A DNA stretch of 19,383 nt from Promethearchaeota archaeon (GTDB taxonomy: Archaea > Asgardarchaeota > Lokiarchaeia > Sigyniarchaeales > SOKP01): contig JAFGGO010000130.1 of the NCBI GenBank assembly GCA_016930515.1, positions 1-19,383 on the forward strand. Direction: 5' to 3'. How positions within the stretch are numbered: the stretch's first letter is position 1; every line of letters begins with the position of its first letter. The notes under the pieces are model-generated. The model saw nothing but the letters and a program-made list of their open reading frames with translations. It was not told the DNA's origin and searched no databases. The position numbers and the translations under genes are program-made. Shown here one piece after another: positions 15,996 to 19,383 of the stretch.

Positions 15996-16142
15996 ATGAC
16001 AAGAAAGAAAATCGATCCTGGAAAGATAAAGTGTCACCAATGTGGGGAAATTATTGACGAAGGGCTCACATTTTGCCCTGAATGTGGCGAACGAATTCCC
16101 GAATACTTGAGATTTAATCCCGATTCGTCGATAAACTTATAA
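15996..16142 (+). CDS. Small zinc-ribbon protein (48 aa), not in the ORF track
   Basis: Hand translation: MTRKKIDPGKIKCHQCGEIIDEGLTFCPECGERIPEYLRFNPDSSINL*. CxxCG-x9-CPxCG pattern; 7 nt after the ACT gene stop. Confidence 0.8.
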   Translation: MTRKKIDPGKIKCHQCGEIIDEGLTFCPECGERIPEYLRFNPDSSINL

Positions 16143-16280
16143 TTTTTATGAATTTACTGATAGTAAGGAATGAACTTGATTAAAAACAAAAATAATCAAG
16201 TGTAGTAAATTAATTTCAAATCGAGTATTTTTCACTTAAAGTAATTATATTTATAAATAATAAAATGCTTGTGAACATTC

Positions 16281-18035
16281 ATGAAGAGATTAAGGAGAAG
16301 CTTGCTTATCTCCTTCGTAGTTGGAATTATCTCTGGATTAGGTGCGATTATTTTCTTTTTCGTAATGGAATTCTTAACTGCTCTTTTGTTGGGATCTTTA
16401 GGAGGATATCACACCCCATCGTCTATTGGTGAACCCCATTTATTTAATTTCAGTTCGATTAACAGTATCTCTTGGCAGATCCCTGTACTTTTAACATGTG
16501 CAGGATTAGTAACGGGCATTATAGTGTATAAATTTGCTCCAGAAGCTGAGGGTCACGGTACGGACGCGTATATATCTGCCTTCCATTACAAACAAGGTAA
16601 GATTCGGGGAAGAGTACCTCTTGTCAAGGCAGTTGCATCAGCAATTGTTATCGGTGCAGGAGGGAGCGCTGGCAGGGAAGGCCCAATTGCGCAGATAGGA
16701 TCTGGATTTGGAAGCGTTTTAGCTACACGATTACACCTCAATGACAAGGATAGACGTATTGCGGTCATTTGCGGAGCTGCTGGAGGGATTGGTGCCATTT
16801 TTAAATCCCCCTTTGGAGGTGCATTGTTCGCGATTGAGGTCCTTTATAAAAGGGATATCGAGTCAGACGCCATCATTCCTGCTTTTTTATCGTCAACAAT
16901 AGCTTACTCGCTTTTTGGATTAGTGTACGGGTTCAATCCCATCTTTTTTGCTCCAGAATTCACTTTAGATATTGCGATATTATTGTTATACGGATTATTA
17001 GGAATAATCTGTGCTATAGTGGCAAAATTATTTATTGTAGTATTCAATTATATAAGAAAAGTCTTTAAAAAATTAAAACTCCCAAATATTTACAAACCTG
17101 CCATTGGAATGGGTCTTTCGGGACTATTAGCGCTATATTTTCCCTACATATTAGGTCCAGGGTATGGGTGGATTCAAGACGCCATTTTTGGAAATATTGG
17201 TCTCATAATTCTCTTAATTTTCGTTTTCGCAAAAATTATTGCCACTTCATTGGTAATAGGATCAGGAGGGAGTGGAGGAGTGTTCGCCCCTTCCCTTGTC
17301 ATTGGTGGGATGATTGGAGCGTCTTTTATAGGTATTATTCACCTGATTTTCCCAAACGCTCAAATTGAAGTAGGAGCTTTCGTGATTGTTGGAATGGCGG
17401 CATTTATTACGGGGATTGCAAACATCCTCATATGCCCAATCATAATGGTATCGGAAATGACGGGAACATATACCCTTTTAGTTCCAGCAATGCTTGCGTG
17501 TGTATTCAGCTACATATTTAGCTTGAACTGGTCGATTTACGAGAGTCAAGTTCCAACGAAAGCCGATTCTCCCGTCCATCGAGGAGACTTTGCAAGCGAT
17601 ATTCTTGATAATATTTTAGTTGAAGAAGTAATGACAACAAGCTTTTTAACATTAAATCCACAAGATAATTTAAAGAAATATTCGGATTTACTCCTTCAAA
17701 CCGATTACTTAAGATTTTTTGTTGTTGAAGACGACCAACTAATTGGAATAATTTCGTATAAAGATATTTTAAAAGTGCCCATAGAAGCTTTAGAAAGCAC
17801 CACGGTAAGTGACATAATGACGAAAGAATTTGAAACCATTTATCCAAACGCAAATCTCTCACAAGCACTGACTAAAATCAAGCAACATGGTATTCTAGCA
17901 GTGCTCGATCTCAAAACAGAAACCAAACTTATAGGTATTCTCAGTAAGCAAGACATCGTTAGAGGACACAACATTGCTAGAAATAAGATTTTACAAAGAG
18001 ATGGAAAAAAAAAATCTAAAAATTTTATTGCTTAA
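16281..18035 (+). CDS. CLC-family chloride channel/transporter with a C-terminal CBS pair
   Basis: APEAEGHGTD, GGSAGREGP, FKSPFGGALFAIEV, GGVFAP, EMTG, SIYESQ; two CBS repeats (VEEVMT..., VSDIMT...). Confidence 0.93.
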   Translation: MKRLRRSLLISFVVGIISGLGAIIFFFVMEFLTALLLGSLGGYHTPSSIGEPHLFNFSSINSISWQIPVLLTCAGLVTGIIVYKFAPEAEGHGTDAYISAFHYKQGKIRGRVPLVKAVASAIVIGAGGSAGREGPIAQIGSGFGSVLATRLHLNDKDRRIAVICGAAGGIGAIFKSPFGGALFAIEVLYKRDIESDAIIPAFLSSTIAYSLFGLVYGFNPIFFAPEFTLDIAILLLYGLLGIICAIVAKLFIVVFNYIRKVFKKLKLPNIYKPAIGMGLSGLLALYFPYILGPGYGWIQDAIFGNIGLIILLIFVFAKIIATSLVIGSGGSGGVFAPSLVIGGMIGASFIGIIHLIFPNAQIEVGAFVIVGMAAFITGIANILICPIIMVSEMTGTYTLLVPAMLACVFSYIFSLNWSIYESQVPTKADSPVHRGDFASDILDNILVEEVMTTSFLTLNPQDNLKKYSDLLLQTDYLRFFVVEDDQLIGIISYKDILKVPIEALESTTVSDIMTKEFETIYPNANLSQALTKIKQHGILAVLDLKTETKLIGILSKQDIVRGHNIARNKILQRDGKKKSKNFIA

Positions 18036-18102
18036 TTATTTAAATTGAATAGGATTGTTGATATAAAAAAGGGAGAAATTAATTTGTAATTCCTTAGCTC
18101 GT

Positions 18103-19254
18103 TTATTTGACTAAATTGTCTGGAAATATGTTTACTAACCTTTTTATATTTTTAAGAGAAATGGCTTTTTCAGGACAATTATAAGCACACACACCGCATC
18201 CAATACAGTCATCTTCAAGAATAACAGCCTTATTTTCTTCGCTCAATTCAATTGCGTAATTGTGGCATTTATCAACGCATATGCCACATCCGACGCATAA
18301 TTCTTGGTGTACACTTGCCATCCAATAAGACGCGTTCTTGATTGGTATGAAAAGGTGTTTCTTGTTGTTAGCACAACAACACAAACAACAATTACACACT
18401 GCAACCTCCTCGCGATCGGGATCGGAATACAGGTGATAAGCCTTGTGAACCAAACCAGCCGCTTTAATTTTTTTAAGCAAATCAAGTGCTTCTCGTTGCG
18501 ATATCATGCGAGAAAAGCCGTGTTTCGAAGTGTGTCTGGCCGATTTTCCTAATGTAAAGCAGCTTTCCACGCTCAAATCAATTTGCTTGCACGGTTTGCC
18601 CAACATCTCCTGTTGTTGCCTACAATAACAGCGACCCACTGCTATTTCGTCGTATTTCTTGAATAATTCGACGATGTCTTGGGTTGGCAACTGTTTTTCT
18701 TCCGGAACATTTATTTTCTCGTTTATAACGAGCTCGATTTGCTCTCCGTCTTGATCTTGTAGGAATGGTACCGTACGATCGATGGGAGGCGAATTTGCAA
18801 TTATTACTCTCGTTTTATTCTCGTCTTGCTTGTAAATTTCTATTAAATCCTGATGAAGCTGCTGAAACAAGGATGCTAACCATTTTATTTCTTCTGTAGG
18901 TTCAAGTTCTTGCATAAATATATACTCAGATTGGCGCATGATGGGTAATAGACGGTAGATCATGAGTCCTGTCCGGTTTGGTTGGTCAAATATGACGCCC
19001 GTCTTTGCAAGCGTGTTAACTTTCTTGAGAATTTCATCTTCTGAGAGCCCGCTACTCGATTTCAATTGTTCCATTGTTTGGGAGATATTGTTTTCAAACG
19101 CATTTAAAAAATCAAGATTTTCGTCTCCTATTGTATATCTTAAGATCTCGAGGAGTGTATCCGAAAAGGGTAAAGAAAATTCTCCTGCCTTGTTTAATAT
19201 ACTTGCTACTTTTTCGTATTTTTTGACCAAACCTTCATTTTTTCTATTTATCAT
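18103..19254 (-). CDS. 4Fe-4S dicluster ferredoxin-domain protein with N-terminal winged-helix-like region
   Basis: CYCR, C...C, CNCCLCCC cluster and two ferredoxin motifs CVGCGICVDKC and CIGCGVCAYNCP. Confidence 0.87.
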   Translation of the reverse strand: MINRKNEGLVKKYEKVASILNKAGEFSLPFSDTLLEILRYTIGDENLDFLNAFENNISQTMEQLKSSSGLSEDEILKKVNTLAKTGVIFDQPNRTGLMIYRLLPIMRQSEYIFMQELEPTEEIKWLASLFQQLHQDLIEIYKQDENKTRVIIANSPPIDRTVPFLQDQDGEQIELVINEKINVPEEKQLPTQDIVELFKKYDEIAVGRCYCRQQQEMLGKPCKQIDLSVESCFTLGKSARHTSKHGFSRMISQREALDLLKKIKAAGLVHKAYHLYSDPDREEVAVCNCCLCCCANNKKHLFIPIKNASYWMASVHQELCVGCGICVDKCHNYAIELSEENKAVILEDDCIGCGVCAYNCPEKAISLKNIKRLVNIFPDNLVK

Positions 19255-19383
19255 TTTATAAATCGGGATTCCTTTTCTGAGTTTGAGAATATAATATGCT
19301 AAATTTTTTTTAAGTATTTAAGATTTATTTAAAATTCTTTCAAACTATATTTAGAATCGTGTATAAGAATTTGTTTTAACTAC

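Noticed and set aside
15996-16142. Zinc-ribbon ORF as the missing RING E3
   Set aside because: Only two CxxC pairs (one Zn site), not the eight-ligand cross-brace RING pattern, and it lies about 7.5 kb from the locus.
10696-19261. Remaining short overlapping ORFs within the archaeosortase, mtrH, AIR-synthase-like, ACT, CLC and Fe-S genes
   Set aside because: Antisense or off-frame shadows of motif-supported genes.
1-19383. CRISPR arrays, tRNA/rRNA genes, IS elements/integrases, selenocysteine recoding
   Set aside because: No periodic repeats, GC-rich structured RNA tracts, transposase/integrase motifs or in-frame TGA at catalytic positions were seen by eye; tRNAscan-SE and Infernal would be needed to exclude small RNAs.

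Overview
AT-rich archaeal chromosomal window, most likely from an Asgard archaeon (Lokiarchaeia-like). This is inferred from the archaeal UPF0147, MtrH, TET-type M42 peptidase and archaeosortase genes occurring with several eukaryotic-signature proteins. The centrepiece (4993-8518) is a compact ubiquitin-like conjugation locus. A + strand run encodes a longin/degenerate small-GTPase fusion, a JAMM/MPN+ isopeptidase, a small E1, a UBC-fold E2 and an uncalled 57-aa acidic ORF. It converges on a ubiquitin-like gene ending in Gly-Gly-Tyr, i.e. a precursor that needs processing. No RING/HECT E3 or ESCRT gene is recognisable in the window. The locus is flanked by a divergent macrodomain + SAM-methyltransferase pair, a YkgJ Cys-cluster gene and an M42 aminopeptidase. 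A second signature gene (12918-14414) fuses a putative longin/uDENN domain to a Rag-like GTPase-roadblock module. The rest is housekeeping or metabolic: PPDK, archaeosortase, stand-alone MtrH, AIR-synthase-like protein, ACT protein, zinc ribbon, CLC-CBS transporter and a 4Fe-4S protein. All calls come from motif recognition by eye; no database searches were run.
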